A stretch of DNA of 63,936 nt, counting the filler, from Pelomyxa schiedti (lineage: Eukaryota > Protista > Evosea), in NCBI GenBank assembly GCA_020536535.1. It is 10 parts of 10 records of this genome, joined end to end, with 100 filler letters (N's around TTAATTAATTAA, not from the genome) between each part and the next. Parts side by side here need not be neighbours in the genome. Positions count along the whole stretch, not along the records: positions 20,791 to 32,802 come from JAHLWZ010001226.1; positions 32,903 to 34,991 come from JAHLWZ010002144.1; positions 35,092 to 39,459 come from JAHLWZ010001600.1; 7 more parts are not named here. One strand, 5' to 3'. Each line of letters starts with the position of its first letter. Position 1 is the stretch's first letter. The notes beneath the pieces are model-generated. The model saw nothing but the letters and a program-made list of their open reading frames with translations. It had not been told where the DNA came from and ran no database searches. A program made the translations under genes and the position numbers. This document shows positions 25,083-37,200 of the stretch, one piece after another.

Positions 25083-25265
25083 TTACTCTCTCCCACTAGG
25101 GCTGTGTGTATGTTTTGTCTCAATTGAGTTGTAGGGTCCTCTGAGAATCACATTCATTCCTTCCAGAAGCCCCAGATGGGTGCAAACGTGTATCATTCTG
25201 ATTCCTGTGAGTGGTGTACCTAACAGGGAGTGACGAACACGTTCGTAGCAAGATGAACTCACCAA
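25083..25265 (-). pseudogene. Short relic of the ankyrin/F-box gene N-terminal exon
   Basis: IHVCTHLGLLEGMNVILRGPYNSIETK matches IHVCTHLGHMEGMNAILN...PYNTMATK at ~27045-27150. Confidence 0.7.
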
Positions 25266-25296
25266 TAAAAGAAAAAGACTTTTTCTTGGTACTACT

Positions 25297-27458
25297 CTAT
25301 TCCTCCTTTTTCTTATTCTTTCTCAATGACCGCAACACAGCTGAGAAATGATGGAGTTCTTTGTAGACATACTTGGGAACAGGCTTATGGAAATCGGTTG
25401 TAAAGGTAAAAAACAGCCTGCTGGGGGGTGCACAGTAGGTCGTATCACACCGCCTGTATGTTTGGTTGCACTTGAGACATACGTTCTGGGCCACCCAGAA
25501 GAAGGCAGCATGCTTCCACTGTGGTGTGGGGTGTTTAGGAGTTGTGGAAATGAAGGAAAATAAGAAGGAGGGAACCTTGGTGGAACCATCGTCAAGGAGG
25601 CGGGTGCTGAGAATAAGTTGATCCCGGAATTTTCTTCCCCATTTCATGCTGGTGTTCAACAGGGCACTCTGGGGTGAATGAGTAAAGTAAAAAGACTGCA
25701 AAAATGGAAACGTAACCTTCCACAGGGAGTTGGATCGGCCCATTTGATACCTCAACAATAATATGTTTGAATGAAAGTGACAAGGGTGCTCACCAAAATT
25801 TGGAAGTCTGTTGTATCCTCCCAAGCGATTTAATATCAAGCAGCTCCAGAACTCCGGTAATTTCAGCTGTGTACTGAATCATCATGGAGGTGATGGACGC
25901 ATTCACACTGGGAATGGTACAGTATGGGGATAAGAAAAAGAAATGAGAACGGAGATTCGCACATAAATTCTGCTGCCTCTGGCACTAAAGAATCAGACAG
26001 AGGCATTGAAGCACAGAGTTCAGAGCGCGGAGTTTTAGGAAGAGAAGCCTGGTATACAGCGAGCGATTTTAGGTGTGCCTCCCACGACCCTAGAATTAGG
26101 CAATTACTAGAATGATGATACTGAGTGTTTGGCAAAAAGTACCATCAAGGTAACTTTCAAGTGAAAAAACTGGGTCATTGTTGCTCCAATCCCTGCAAAA
26201 TTCAGGGGTGAGGATACCCCCACAGCGTGCCATTTCTCGCACCATATCTTTTTGGTTGGTGGCAACCGCAAGGGTCATTGGTCTGTCACCTCGATCGTCA
26301 TAGTGAAGCTGGTGTATAAGAGTCCAACCCACATTATGATTGCAGACGACATTTGGGTCTGCACCAACAGTAAGGAGTTGTATCACCATTTTGAGTGATC
26401 CCTTAACTACAGAAAAGTACAACGGTGTGAGAGTTCCGTCATGGAATTTAACCTGCTGGTTTATAACGCCAGGGATCTTTGGATGCTTCAGAAGAATTCT
26501 TCTGTGGTGGGATCGTGCAATGATCAGCGCCTTCCCCAATCCTTCACTGAAGACACTGCAGAGATATTCGAGTATTTGTTCCGCATGACTTGAGCTAGCA
26601 GCAAATTTGAGAGGCTTCCTCTTCTCCATTGCAGATAGCACAGGCTGCTCCCACTTGGGATTGGCAATTGCCATAACTGTTTTCAACTGGGATCTGTGGA
26701 AATGCCAGCCGTCGGAATTAAGGATTGCAATTTCCAGCGGGGTCTTCCCGTATTCGCCATGGCGGTTTCCAAGGCATTGTAAAAGGGAAAGCCTCATCGA
26801 GGTATCACATGACGAAAGGATCAAGTCGGCACACTTGTATTGGTTGTTTTGTGCACAAAAATGAAGCACATTGAAGTTGAAGAAGTCTACACCTCTAGCT
26901 TTGTCACAGTACATAGTATCAGCATGCCACTCTGTAAGCAAGCATTCCACAATATCAGTGTGTCCGTTTCTCACCGCAATGATAAGTGGTGTAAAATTAT
27001 CGCTGGACACTTCATCCACCAGCCACTTCATGGAATCAGCTTTCGTTGCCATCGTGTTGTAGGGTGTTCTGGAAGCCCATGTGTTGAGAATCGCATTCAT
27101 TCCTTCCATATGCCCCAGATGGGTGCAAACGTGTATCACATTCTGATTTCTGAGATGAGAGCTGTACAACAGTAAGGAACGAATACACAACGGTATTGCA
27201 ATTTGGCAATAACTACTAATTTTCAATGTGAACCGATTACCTTTCCCTTGCCGCAACTTGGCGTTCTTGGCCAACAGGAACAGATTCAGCCGCGGCCCTG
27301 ATTTTGGCCACATCGCCCTTGACGCATGCCCTCATGAGCCTGGCCCATAATGGCCCCTCTGATGACCTGAGCGACTTGATGCTTTCCAGTGTGCGACGTG
27401 CGAAACTCTCCGCCTCCGACCCAGGCTCATATGGGTTGGAGGAGAAATTCTGTCCCAT
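25297..27458 (-). CDS. Ankyrin-repeat protein with C-terminal F-box and Cys-rich tail (copy 3, diverged)
   Basis: MGQNFSS start; FTPLIIAVRNGHTDIVECLL, KTPLEIAI, LTPLYFSVVKGSLKMVIQLLTVGADPN; MMIQYTAEITGVLELLDIKSLGRIQQTSKFW|YQMGRSNSLWK; WKHAAFFWVAQNVCLKCNQTY. Confidence 0.8.
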
Positions 27459-27721
27459 AACTGGTGGTTTTGTTATACCCTCGGGTGTACGTGTCACCTA
27501 GCTGTGGTAATTTTTACGACCTGTGAAAATTTCTGATGAATCCGAATGCGGTCGGAACAATTAAAATAAAACAACATTGGGTGTTCTTGGCCACTGGTAT
27601 GATTTCTTATCAGCGCAGCTGGGCGCATAAATACAACAACGCATGCACACTTGTCCAAGAATCCATTTGAACATTGCAGCCTTTTAACCCAATCACATAA
27701 CCGCTCTGCGAGATTTTACAC

Positions 27722-27840
27722 ACTCCCTTTTTATCCCTTTACAACAACGACGAGAACAAACAAGAGAGCTTTTTATTCTCTTCACTCTCACTCGTTTTCT
27801 TCCTCTGTGGGACTTTTTCTCGAGCCCACAGAAGCTAACA
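27722..27840. repeat. Dispersed ~120-bp non-coding repeat; inverted copy at ~34871-34991 on another scaffold
   Basis: ACTCCCTTTTTATCCCTTTACA...CTCGAGCCCACAGAAGCTAACA is the reverse complement, with few differences, of 34871-34991. Confidence 0.75.
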
Positions 27841-27943
27841 GATGATGTGTTTTTTGTTGTGTCGCACACACTTGGGTTGGTACACCACCATTCCCCTGAA
27901 ATTGCAACAACCAATTAATTTTCATGTGACTGATTGGAAAAAA

Positions 27944-29215
27944 TCAAGAGGAGAACTTAATGTTGAGTGTTAGTGATTGCCACCGTTCGAATTCAATGGC
28001 CACCACAGTGCAGTGAGATGTGGACTCAATGACATGGATGCTGGACCCATTGACGTGAAAAATGAACCCCCTGTCATCACTTATTCTCACTCTATCACTT
28101 ATCAGGAGTGACCATGATGTTGCTGTTGGTGGGTGATCATTGTTGATGTTGTTTTGCAAGATGGGAACTTGGCCTTTCAGGAGTGAGCACTGCATCATGT
28201 TCTCACAGTCGAGGGACACAAGTGGCACCTTTGTTGCATTGCCACCACTCCCTTCTTCAACTTCAAGTCCCCAGCACCTTGGTATCCGACGAGATTCTTG
28301 TTCATAGTTGAGCACAGTGTGGGAGCCATCACTCCTCTTCAGCAAGAACACAGGCACACAATCAGGTGGTGGGTTCACCACGTTGGTGATGCTGATCAAA
28401 GCAAGGGAACCAGTTGAATGTGTTGCCTCCACGTCAACCATCACAAACGAAGGCATCCATTCCCCTGGTCTGTTCACCACCAGCAGCAGTTCGTCAGCCC
28501 TCGATTTCGAGAACCTCGCAAGGCTGATGCCTTGAGTTACTGAAGTAGTAATAGCCGGCGGGATTGCAACAACTCTGGTATCCTCACTGCCGATAAAGCA
28601 CCCAGGAATCAGGCGCCTTGTAAGCAACATGGGTGCAGACTTTCCCCTGAAAAAACCGCAAGACACCACCCACTTGTGGTTGGCCGCCACCTTCCAGCTC
28701 TGGAAGTTCTTTGGGTCTTCGCCAACCACTCCAACTGCAACCCCACCACGCATTGGGTCGAACAACTGCCACCTCCCAATGAAGCCGGCAGAAAGGCTGC
28801 CTTCGTAGATCTTGGAGATGTACCACCTGTCATCCACCCAGAGAAAACCACCACAGTTTCCCCTGAACTCCACGCCCAGGTCGCCGCTCCCTGCTCCTCC
28901 CACAATCGTGGTTGCGGTGGTCGTGGTTGCGGGAATCAGGGGTGGGAAAGGCAAGAGGCTCCCCAGCAGCGGGGAGACCCGCACGCACACGCACGCGCTC
29001 TCTTTCGGCGGCCTCTCGCCGGTGGGGCCGTGGGCCTCGCCCTGGACGTGCAGCACGAAGGTGGCGGGGGTGCCCCTGACCAGGTGGTCCCACACGATGC
29101 GGGCGACAGCGGGGCCGAAGGAAGGGACCATGGCCAGCGCGCACAGTTGGTCGCGGGTGCGAATCAACGGTGTCACAACGTATGGTACGTCGTTCTCGTC
29201 GCTTTCGCTTTTCAT
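27944..29215 (-). CDS. Expanded family member A2 (RDQL-type motif + beta-rich domain), intronless
   Basis: MKSESDEND...RTRDQLCALAMVPSFGPAVARIVWDHLV; close paralog of 21146-22420. Confidence 0.75.
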   Translation of the reverse strand: MKSESDENDVPYVVTPLIRTRDQLCALAMVPSFGPAVARIVWDHLVRGTPATFVLHVQGEAHGPTGERPPKESACVCVRVSPLLGSLLPFPPLIPATTTTATTIVGGAGSGDLGVEFRGNCGGFLWVDDRWYISKIYEGSLSAGFIGRWQLFDPMRGGVAVGVVGEDPKNFQSWKVAANHKWVVSCGFFRGKSAPMLLTRRLIPGCFIGSEDTRVVAIPPAITTSVTQGISLARFSKSRADELLLVVNRPGEWMPSFVMVDVEATHSTGSLALISITNVVNPPPDCVPVFLLKRSDGSHTVLNYEQESRRIPRCWGLEVEEGSGGNATKVPLVSLDCENMMQCSLLKGQVPILQNNINNDHPPTATSWSLLISDRVRISDDRGFIFHVNGSSIHVIESTSHCTVVAIEFERWQSLTLNIKFSS

Positions 29216-29484
29216 CGTTTTATTCTGAACCGAACAAACCAATCTCTTGGAAGTACCTCCGATCAGGAGAATCCTCAGACACATTTCAGCACACGTTTTG
29301 TGGACTTCAGAGTGATTTTGCAAACACAGGCTGTGCAAGGCCACGAGACTCGATCACAAGTTCGGAAATCAAATTCACAGAAAGATCAGCGATGATACCC
29401 AAGACCTTTCCTTTGAGAATGATCAAGACTCAGCAGGTCAGTCTCTCAGTCTCAGCGGAGGGCCTTTGGTGGTGTTGGGAAAAA

Positions 29485-30781
29485 TCAAGAGGAGAACTTA
29501 ATGTTGAGTGTTAGTGACTGGAACTGTTTGAATTCAATGGTCACCACAGTGCAGTGAGATGTGGACTCAATGACATGGATGCTGGACCCATTGACGTGAA
29601 AAATGAACCCCCTGTCATCACTTATTCTCACTCTATCACTTATCAGGAGTGACCATGATGTTGCTGGTGGTGGGTGATCATTGTTGATGTTGTTTTGCAA
29701 GATGGGAACTTGGCCTTTCAGGAGCGAGCACTGCATCATGTTCTCACAGTCAAGGGACACAAGTGGCACCTTTGTTGCATTGCCACCACTCCCTTCTTCA
29801 ACTTCAAGTCCCCAGCACCCCATCCCTTGAAGTATCTGCCAAGGTGCCTCTTCAGGGGCGATCACAGTGTGGGAGCCATCACTCCTCTTCAGCAAAAACA
29901 CAGGCACACAATCAGGTGGTGGGTTCACCACGTTGGTGATGCTGATCAAAGCAAGGGAACCAGTTGAGTGTGTTGCCTCCACATCAACCATCACGAACGA
30001 AGGCATCCATTCCCCTGGTCTGTTCACCACCAGCAGCAGTTCGTCAGCCCTCGATTTCGAGAACCTCACAAGGCCGATGCCCAGTGCTGAAGCAACCACA
30101 GCCGGTGGTATCACAACAACCCTGGTATCCTCACTGCTGAAAAAAGTGCCCTGATTCAGGCGCCTTGTGAGCAACATTGGGGCAGAAGGGGTGCTGGGTT
30201 CCTCACTCGCCTCAGTTAGGAACCAGCCACACGTCGCCACCCACTTGTGATTGGCCGCGTCCCCCACCCCCTGGAAATTCACCGGGTCATCGCCAACCAC
30301 CGCAACAACGGGAGCCCAGTGACGCCTCGGGTCCAACAGCTTCCACCTCCCAAACTGGCTTCCATCAGACAGACTGGTGCACAGGTAATTGGCTATGTAC
30401 CATTTGTCATCCACCCAGTACGACCCACCGCCATCTTTTCCCCTGTACTCCACTCCCTGATGCCCACAACGACTACCACAGCCACCGCGATTATGGGAGC
30501 CACGCCGTCTCGTCGATGTGGGTGTGGGGCATGAGGCTCCCCAGGAGCCGGGAGACCCTCAGGCACACGCACACGCTCTCGTCTTCTGGGTTGGTCTTGC
30601 CCTGGACGTGCAGCACGAACGTGGTGGGTGTGTCCCTGACCAATTGGTCCCACACGATGCGGGCGACCACAGCCCCGAACGAAGGGACCATGGCCAGAGC
30701 TGTCATTTGCTCGAGGGCGCAAACCAACGGTGTCACAACGTACGGTAAATCGTCACTGTGGGTATTGTTCGTCGACATCAC
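29485..30781 (-). pseudogene. Expanded family member A3, reading frame broken by a 46-bp inversion
   Basis: ORFs 30491-30781 and 29485-30453 together match A1/A2; 30454-30499 is inverted relative to the paralogs and introduces a TAA. Confidence 0.7.
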
Positions 30782-30964
30782 AACTGACCCTACTTAGGAG
30801 GTTTCCATTAAAATGTGTGCGGCACAGTCAGGGTGGTAGCAGTGAGAGTTACTTACCACTTTCCAATGTGTAACATGTGGCCACTATCGGGTTGTCACTC
30901 TGCCTTGCATCAGCTTCCCAGATTTTCTGTGAAACCCACAATTTTCTGAAAAAAAATCAACCTC

Positions 30965-32410
30965 ATGAAGCGGCAGGAAGGGGGATCGTCGCTTGGGATG
31001 GTTGTGCAAGTCGACATCGACGCCCGGCAGCAACTGACAGCACTTGCCTGCGCGTCTCTCGTCCCGCGATGTGCCGCCGCGTCCTCGTCGTCGTCGGCGG
31101 GCTCCTGCTGCTGCTGGGCCCGTCTCCTGCCCGTCCCCATCCTCTCCGATCTGTTGGCACCAACTTGGGTCCTCAGGCCAGCCAGGCCCGTCTCCATCAC
31201 GTTCCGATTATCGCCCCCTCGTCTTCGCCCTTCTCCTCCCATCATTTCATCCTCATCGGCTTCTTCGCCCCCATCACCTTCACCGACTCCTTCCACCGTA
31301 GCCACATTCACACCGTCACCATCAAAGTCTTCGACGACGATGCGGAGAGGGAGGTCGGACAAAGAGGATGTGTTTTTTGTTGTGTCACACACACTTGGGT
31401 TGATTGGGCAGCCCGTGGTCGTCGAGCCGCTGCCTTGGCTGTTCTGCGGGTGGCTGGGATCCCATAATCTCCTCGAGCGGTGGCCCGACATGATCGGGTG
31501 CTCCGACCTCCACGTGCTCGACTCTGTGACCAAGAAGCACACGCTGAGACTGCTGAATGATTTCACCGACGGTGTGAACCCGACAGGGTTCCTGTGCTGC
31601 TGCAACATGAAGTGGGTTGTGGCACTGTTCAACAGAAGGAAGCTGCATGTGTGGAAGGTTGTTGACTGCGTTCCGCAGCTGCCTGAGGTGTGTGTGTTTG
31701 ACTGCCAGTGGATGGGCAAGCCCTATGGCCTCAGGTTCTTTGGTCAGAGTGAGTATGTTTACAGCCAGTGCGATGAGATCGAGCTTTTGTTCACACGCAA
31801 GGCAACGAAAAAGCCAGAGAGCATTTGTGTGCTCCATGTCAACCTGGCCGATCCTGCAGTTTATTCGTCATCACTGATGGGAAAGAATGGGGAACTGGAT
31901 GGAGTGATTGAATGCAAAAACACAACGAAATGTGAGTTCCCATTTACCCTTCAACCCCTTGTCAACAGGAGTGAAAAGACATTCCACTTGCCATTCTCAG
32001 TGCCCGGAACAACTGACACCACCAAACTGGTTCAGCTTCTTCACTTGAATACAGGTCTGATCACCACCTGGGGTCAGTTTCCGCGTGGTTCTGTTCGCAC
32101 TGTGGATGAGTCCCACCTTGCAGTCACAGACAGAGAGCACCGCACCACCTCTGTTTACAACCCACTTTCAGAGCTCCCTTTGGTTCCGTGCCACGTTCTT
32201 CACCATCCATCTGCAAACACAAATGTTTCTGTTGGCTGCGGGCTTCTGGTCTACGGGTCTTCTGTTCTTGCAACGACAGGCAACAAGCAGACACAGCACA
32301 CAATCACTGATGCTGTGAGTGGAGAAACGATCTTTCGCCTGTGGCATGATTGTTACACAGCAGCCAGGAGTGTGATCACAGCAGTGCCTTTCACCACCAC
32401 ACTGTGCTAA
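30965..32410 (+). CDS. Expanded family member (ARQQL motif + beta-rich domain), intronless
   Basis: 481-aa ORF: DARQQLTALACASLVPRCAAAS...LLAPTWVL, VSHTLGL, CNMKWVV, DEIELL, ITDAVSG. Confidence 0.75.
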   Translation: MKRQEGGSSLGMVVQVDIDARQQLTALACASLVPRCAAASSSSSAGSCCCWARLLPVPILSDLLAPTWVLRPARPVSITFRLSPPRLRPSPPIISSSSASSPPSPSPTPSTVATFTPSPSKSSTTMRRGRSDKEDVFFVVSHTLGLIGQPVVVEPLPWLFCGWLGSHNLLERWPDMIGCSDLHVLDSVTKKHTLRLLNDFTDGVNPTGFLCCCNMKWVVALFNRRKLHVWKVVDCVPQLPEVCVFDCQWMGKPYGLRFFGQSEYVYSQCDEIELLFTRKATKKPESICVLHVNLADPAVYSSSLMGKNGELDGVIECKNTTKCEFPFTLQPLVNRSEKTFHLPFSVPGTTDTTKLVQLLHLNTGLITTWGQFPRGSVRTVDESHLAVTDREHRTTSVYNPLSELPLVPCHVLHHPSANTNVSVGCGLLVYGSSVLATTGNKQTQHTITDAVSGETIFRLWHDCYTAARSVITAVPFTTTLC

Positions 32411-32486
32411 TGATCAATTTTGAGCAGTGTGTGGCCTGTTAACCCTTAAGATTAATCTTCAAAGTAACAATCCACAACAAAAAGTT

Positions 32487-32680
32487 TTAAAAATTTTTTC
32501 CAGGCTCTTTAGTGGGGGTGACTGTTGGCCTTGAAGGGTCAGTGATCCAATCACTCCACGAACCAGGGTACATCTTGGGCATCCCAAGGCCAGAGTGCAC
32601 AACGGAAAGAACAGCCAGCCCCACCACAATCCCACTCCCGCATGACATTATCACCCTGTCCGCTGGCACTCCCCCAAACA
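32487..32680 (-). CDS. C-terminal part of a rhodanese/3-mercaptopyruvate sulfurtransferase (last exon or relic)
   Basis: GVPADRVIMSCGSGI...GLGMPKMYPGSWSDWITDPSRPTVT matches the CGSG active-site loop and the Y.GSW.EW...P.RP rhodanese signature. Confidence 0.65.
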
Positions 32681-33084
32681 CACACCCTGAAGTCAAATGG
32701 GGTCCAGTTTGGCAATTTGGGCCCAAATTGTGGGTTTTGCCCAAATTGGGCACACTTTGGGCACCTCCACCTTGTTGCTTCCTTGGTCCAGATTGGAGAC
32801 GTNNNNNNNNNNNNNNNNNNNNNNNNNNNNNNNNNNNNNNNNNNNNTTAATTAATTAANNNNNNNNNNNNNNNNNNNNNNNNNNNNNNNNNNNNNNNNNN
32901 NNCAGCAATGGAATTGAGGTCACTGATTCACATTGCAACCTTGTTTGTACAATCGTTTTGCCATCCCATCCAATGTATGGTTTCCAGGTCACAGGTTTTG
33001 TTTTGTGAAATTGGATTGTGTCCTGTGTACTCGACTCAATTACGTTCTTCAAAAGAATACAAAGGGAAATGTTATTGAGTTCTC

Positions 33085-34225
33085 TCAAGATAAGAAGCAT
33101 GAAAAGGGAGCTTCGAGGTTGTACCAATTCCAAGCAGGAAAATTAAGTGTCAGGACAACAACGCCAGTGATTGGCTCCACGACTTCAATACGGTCGTGGT
33201 ACCTCACAAACATGAGTCCTGACTCGGCAGCCACCAGAACGAATTTCTTCTTGCTGGAGCAGTCGATCCTGTGCCTCAGTTGCTGAGTGACGTCATGGCG
33301 GTGGTACAGGCCAAACATTCCCCCTCGTTTCTTTTTGCGAAGCGACAGACAGAGCACAGAGTCCGACAAACGCATGACATCATAGATGGTGGCATCGCTG
33401 TCTGGGAAGATTATGGGTGTCGCAGTGCCGGTTCCTTCGGCCCAGCTGAACATGCTGTATTTGCTTGATGCCTCAGCCTTGACAATGAAAGTGCGGGACC
33501 CATAACCAGCAGAACACTGGTCCCAGTTCCTCATGACAAAAAGAGACTTCCACTGCAGGCCAGTGGGCAACTCGCACCTCATTGTGCTCAGCAGAGCCAG
33601 GCTCCTTCTCTTGTAGGTCGCGGCGATGTCGACAACAAACAGCTCGATAACATTCGCTCTCCTTGTGTGTTTGGCCACTACGATCTCACTGTCGACCGAC
33701 TGATCCATGTAAACAACCAACGGGAACTCGACCATCGGCATATCCATCGCACGACACGTCGCCCCCAGCACCCCCCTCAAGTGCCTTGAGCCCACCCATC
33801 GGAACCACAGCCAAACACACTGGCTCCGTGCCCGAGGTCACACAGGCAGCCCACTTGCTGTTGACGCCCCACGCCCTGTCGCTCCGCGTCTCCCTCGCTA
33901 CTACGGCCTGCGCCTCCTCAGAGCACAGCACGTCGCGCAGCACCAGCGAGAGCGTGGGGGTGCCGACCCCGTTGCTGTTGGGGCCGGACCCGGCGAGCCG
34001 CAGGACGAGGAGGCGCAGGGTGGGGGCCACGTGGTCGGACCACAGCATGCGGACGAACGCGGGGGCGTGTGCTCGTCCCATAACTCGGAGCAGGGCGCTG
34101 CGCCGGCCGCACCTTGGGATGGTGGCGCCGGTGGCCAGGGCGAGGAGCTGGTCATGTGTGGTGAGGGCCTGTCTTGCAGACGACGTGTCCGTGATCGTGT
34201 CGTTTCGTATGTCCCACTACGCCAT
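33085..34225 (-). pseudogene. Expanded family member, probably pseudogenised
   Basis: THDQLLALATGATIPRCGRRSALL...MLWSDHV, VNSKW, IEVVEPITGVVVL. In-frame TAG at codon 3 after ATG 34225 and a frame change near G-runs at ~33760-33780. Confidence 0.6.
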
Positions 34226-37200
34226 AAAGATCGTTCTTTTCTCTACAAAAATCATGTGATAAGAAAATCTGTTGGGACACTCAGGAGCTATTTGGATCCT
34301 GATGCTGCACACAATGACCTCAACTACAACCAGCATTATTGGCCTGCTGATTCAAGTGGGCAACATAGTTTGGCTATGAAAAAATGAGCTAAAACAAATG
34401 TGGTCCACTTGAAAAGGCAGGCCAATATGAGTGCTATGGACAGCTGAGCCAAGCACCCTAGCTAAAACTAAGTAAAGGTGTGGCAGGTTGTTATACTATT
34501 ATAGCCTTTGGGAAAAGTCATCATTAATTATGACTTTTAAAGTTTTAAACTTAAGGCTAAGAGTGTAGCTCACAGTCACCACCACTTCCATTCGTTCTCT
34601 TTGATGGTGTGTGGTGGTTGTGTGCTGTGATTTGTTTTTTTTTACTAACATTGTATGTAGTGTTCCTAAAAAAAATCATTTACCCAAAAATGTCAAGTGT
34701 AATTGGGTACATTGTTCAAATGCCAAAATAGGTCTTACATCTCCCATGCAATGTTTCTTGCAACCATTTTTTGGGGGAGAAGTTCCCAAATAACAAACCA
34801 TTGTGTTTTGTTAAGAACCCCTTTTTTTTTTTGTAAATCAGAATTATGGGACATGCTGGTGGGCTTTATTTGTTAGCTTCTGTGGGCTCGAGAATAAGCC
34901 CCACAGAGGAAGAAAACGAGTGAGGGTGAAGAGAATAAAGGGTTCTCTTGTTTGTTCTCGTCGTTGTTGTGTAAAGGGATAAAAAGGGAGTNNNNNNNNN
35001 NNNNNNNNNNNNNNNNNNNNNNNNNNNNNNNNNNNTTAATTAATTAANNNNNNNNNNNNNNNNNNNNNNNNNNNNNNNNNNNNNNNNNNNNTGTTGTTGC
35101 TGTTCTAAACGACTGAGCCATTTCTATTAATTACAAAACTAGTACCCATCTGACACTTTATATATGTGAGGGTACCTATCATGAGGCGCCCTGCTGGGAT
35201 CTGAGCCAAGTGGCAGTGTCAGACCATTTGTTGATCAGACCCACAAAAGGTGCTGGGTTTACTATTGGCTATATGTACCTACCGTTTTTTGGGGTTGAAT
35301 GCAAGTGACCTCAAAAGCCGAGTCTGGCACAATTGCATTGCCTGTAGATCACACCCAGTAATCCCCTGCACACACAACCTACTCTTTCTCTCAAATACAC
35401 ACTATGTGGTGTACACTATGTGTTCTGCAAAAAATACTAATAAAAACCCAGTAACCTGTTTGTTGTGTTTTTGCAGCCAAATAAGGTCAAGAGTCATTGA
35501 GACATTGTTAGAAAGCCAAAAGAGGTCTTACATCACTTCAATGCAATGTAGTTGAAACCCATTTGGGGGGGAGCCCAGTTTTCTGTATCAGCTTTTATCT
35601 TAAGAACCTCCTTTTTTTTTCCCCACCAGAATTATGGGGTGTGAATTGGTACAAGAAAGCTGGGTTGTGAAAAGTTTGGTTGGCAATGTGGGTTGCCAAC
35701 AAGTTATGCAGGTCCGAAATCCCCAAGTCGAACACAGGAAAGTGATGTTTCCGCCTTGGTGGCTCCAGTCAAACTCGAGCACAGGATACAAAGAACTATT
35801 TGTTGATGCAAAAGCTGGGGTTGTGTATTTGCTTTTTGCATTACCAAATCTGCATACAGCCTGTGGCCATTTCGTTCCTGTATCATGTAATCTGGTCAGC
35901 AGTTTAGTAGTGGTAATGGTTGTAGTGAACATACATTCATCACATATTGCTTCTCACCCATGAGATTTGGAAAAAGTTGGTTTTAAGAACTGTTACCTTT
36001 GCCATTTAAGAAATATTCTCTAATATGGATACTTTCTGGTAGGGCTGGTGAAATTTGGCGTGATGCGACAAAGAATATTGAGAGATTTCCTGCCGATAGC
36101 GGACACCAACAAGAAAGGCATTTAATTCACCTCACTCCTCTTCAGCATTATCAGCGCTATGGTACATGTTATCAGACAGTATTTTATAAAAGACAAGACC
36201 TGTATATAAACAGTGAAACCAGACCCTCAGCTTTTGAATAATACTGGAACTTCATAATATTTTCAGACCCACGAGAACATAAAATCGTTGCATAGGCCAA
36301 GCTTTCTTTTGTTCATTTACAAAATGAATTGGTAAGAGGGCCTTAGAAAGAAAAAAGAACCTAGGTCCATTGCAATGCATACTATTCCTTTACAGAGATG
36401 ACTGGAAGAGAACCGCTTGATAACTTCCAGTGCACCATTAACCTGAGACCGCAAGAGAAATTGTACAGGTTGCTGCTCAGTTGTGACCTGCATATTGTCA
36501 GGAAACCTCAATTTACATTAAGCACAAGACTTGTATCTTTTGGCACAGGTTGTGCGGTACGAAGTTTCTTGGGGATGTGTGATATACTACTGGCTGCCTC
36601 ATCATTCTTGTTATCATTAGATTATAATCTGAAAAAAGCAGTATACCATTGGCGGCCCATGCTTTCTGTGCATTGCGCTGTTGGCTTGATTGCTAACAGC
36701 AGTTGTAGTTACCAGTTCACTCACCTTGACGTGGGACTCGTGCAAGTGGTTTGTGTAGTAGTTGCGGTTTGTGGGTGCAACACCAACGCCTCTCGTTGGT
36801 TGTAAGCCCTGTGTTAGCAATCTGAATAGTTTTGTGGTGAGGTGGAGCCGGTACCTTGATGTTTTCTTTGGACTGACGGTGCTTTTCCCTTGTCATACTG
36901 CGGAGGTGTTAAAGTGACTACCTTCAGCTAGCAGTTTCTTATGTCGTTCCGCGTCCAACTCTACTTGAGTCGTCACTACTGCTACTGTATACGTTGTGGT
37001 TTGGTCCATTGGGCACAACAGTGTTGGTATCCTTGTCCTTACTGGTTCTCTCTTTCCATTCCAGAAGGCGTGCTACATAGCCACAGATTTTTGGCAGCAG
37101 AGTCCGGGCTAAGCGTGGTCTTTATATTATGTTAGATGAGAGAACAAGTTTGGAGAAGTACCATGAAAAAGTCCCATAGGTGCCCACGATTTGTAATAAC

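Noticed and set aside
32695-32765. Clustered TTGGGC/GCCCAA motifs as transposon subterminal repeats
   Set aside because: At a scaffold end, with no TIR partner or TSD visible.
34217-34225. In-frame TAG as evidence of stop-codon reassignment
   Set aside because: Other genes terminate normally at TAG (katanin, phosphohexomutase, Ran), and this gene also has a frameshift; pseudogenisation is simpler.
37150-37180. LFHGTS peptide (minus strand) suggesting a PARP/ADP-ribosyltransferase
   Set aside because: Isolated hexapeptide in a stop-rich frame with no supporting downstream motifs.
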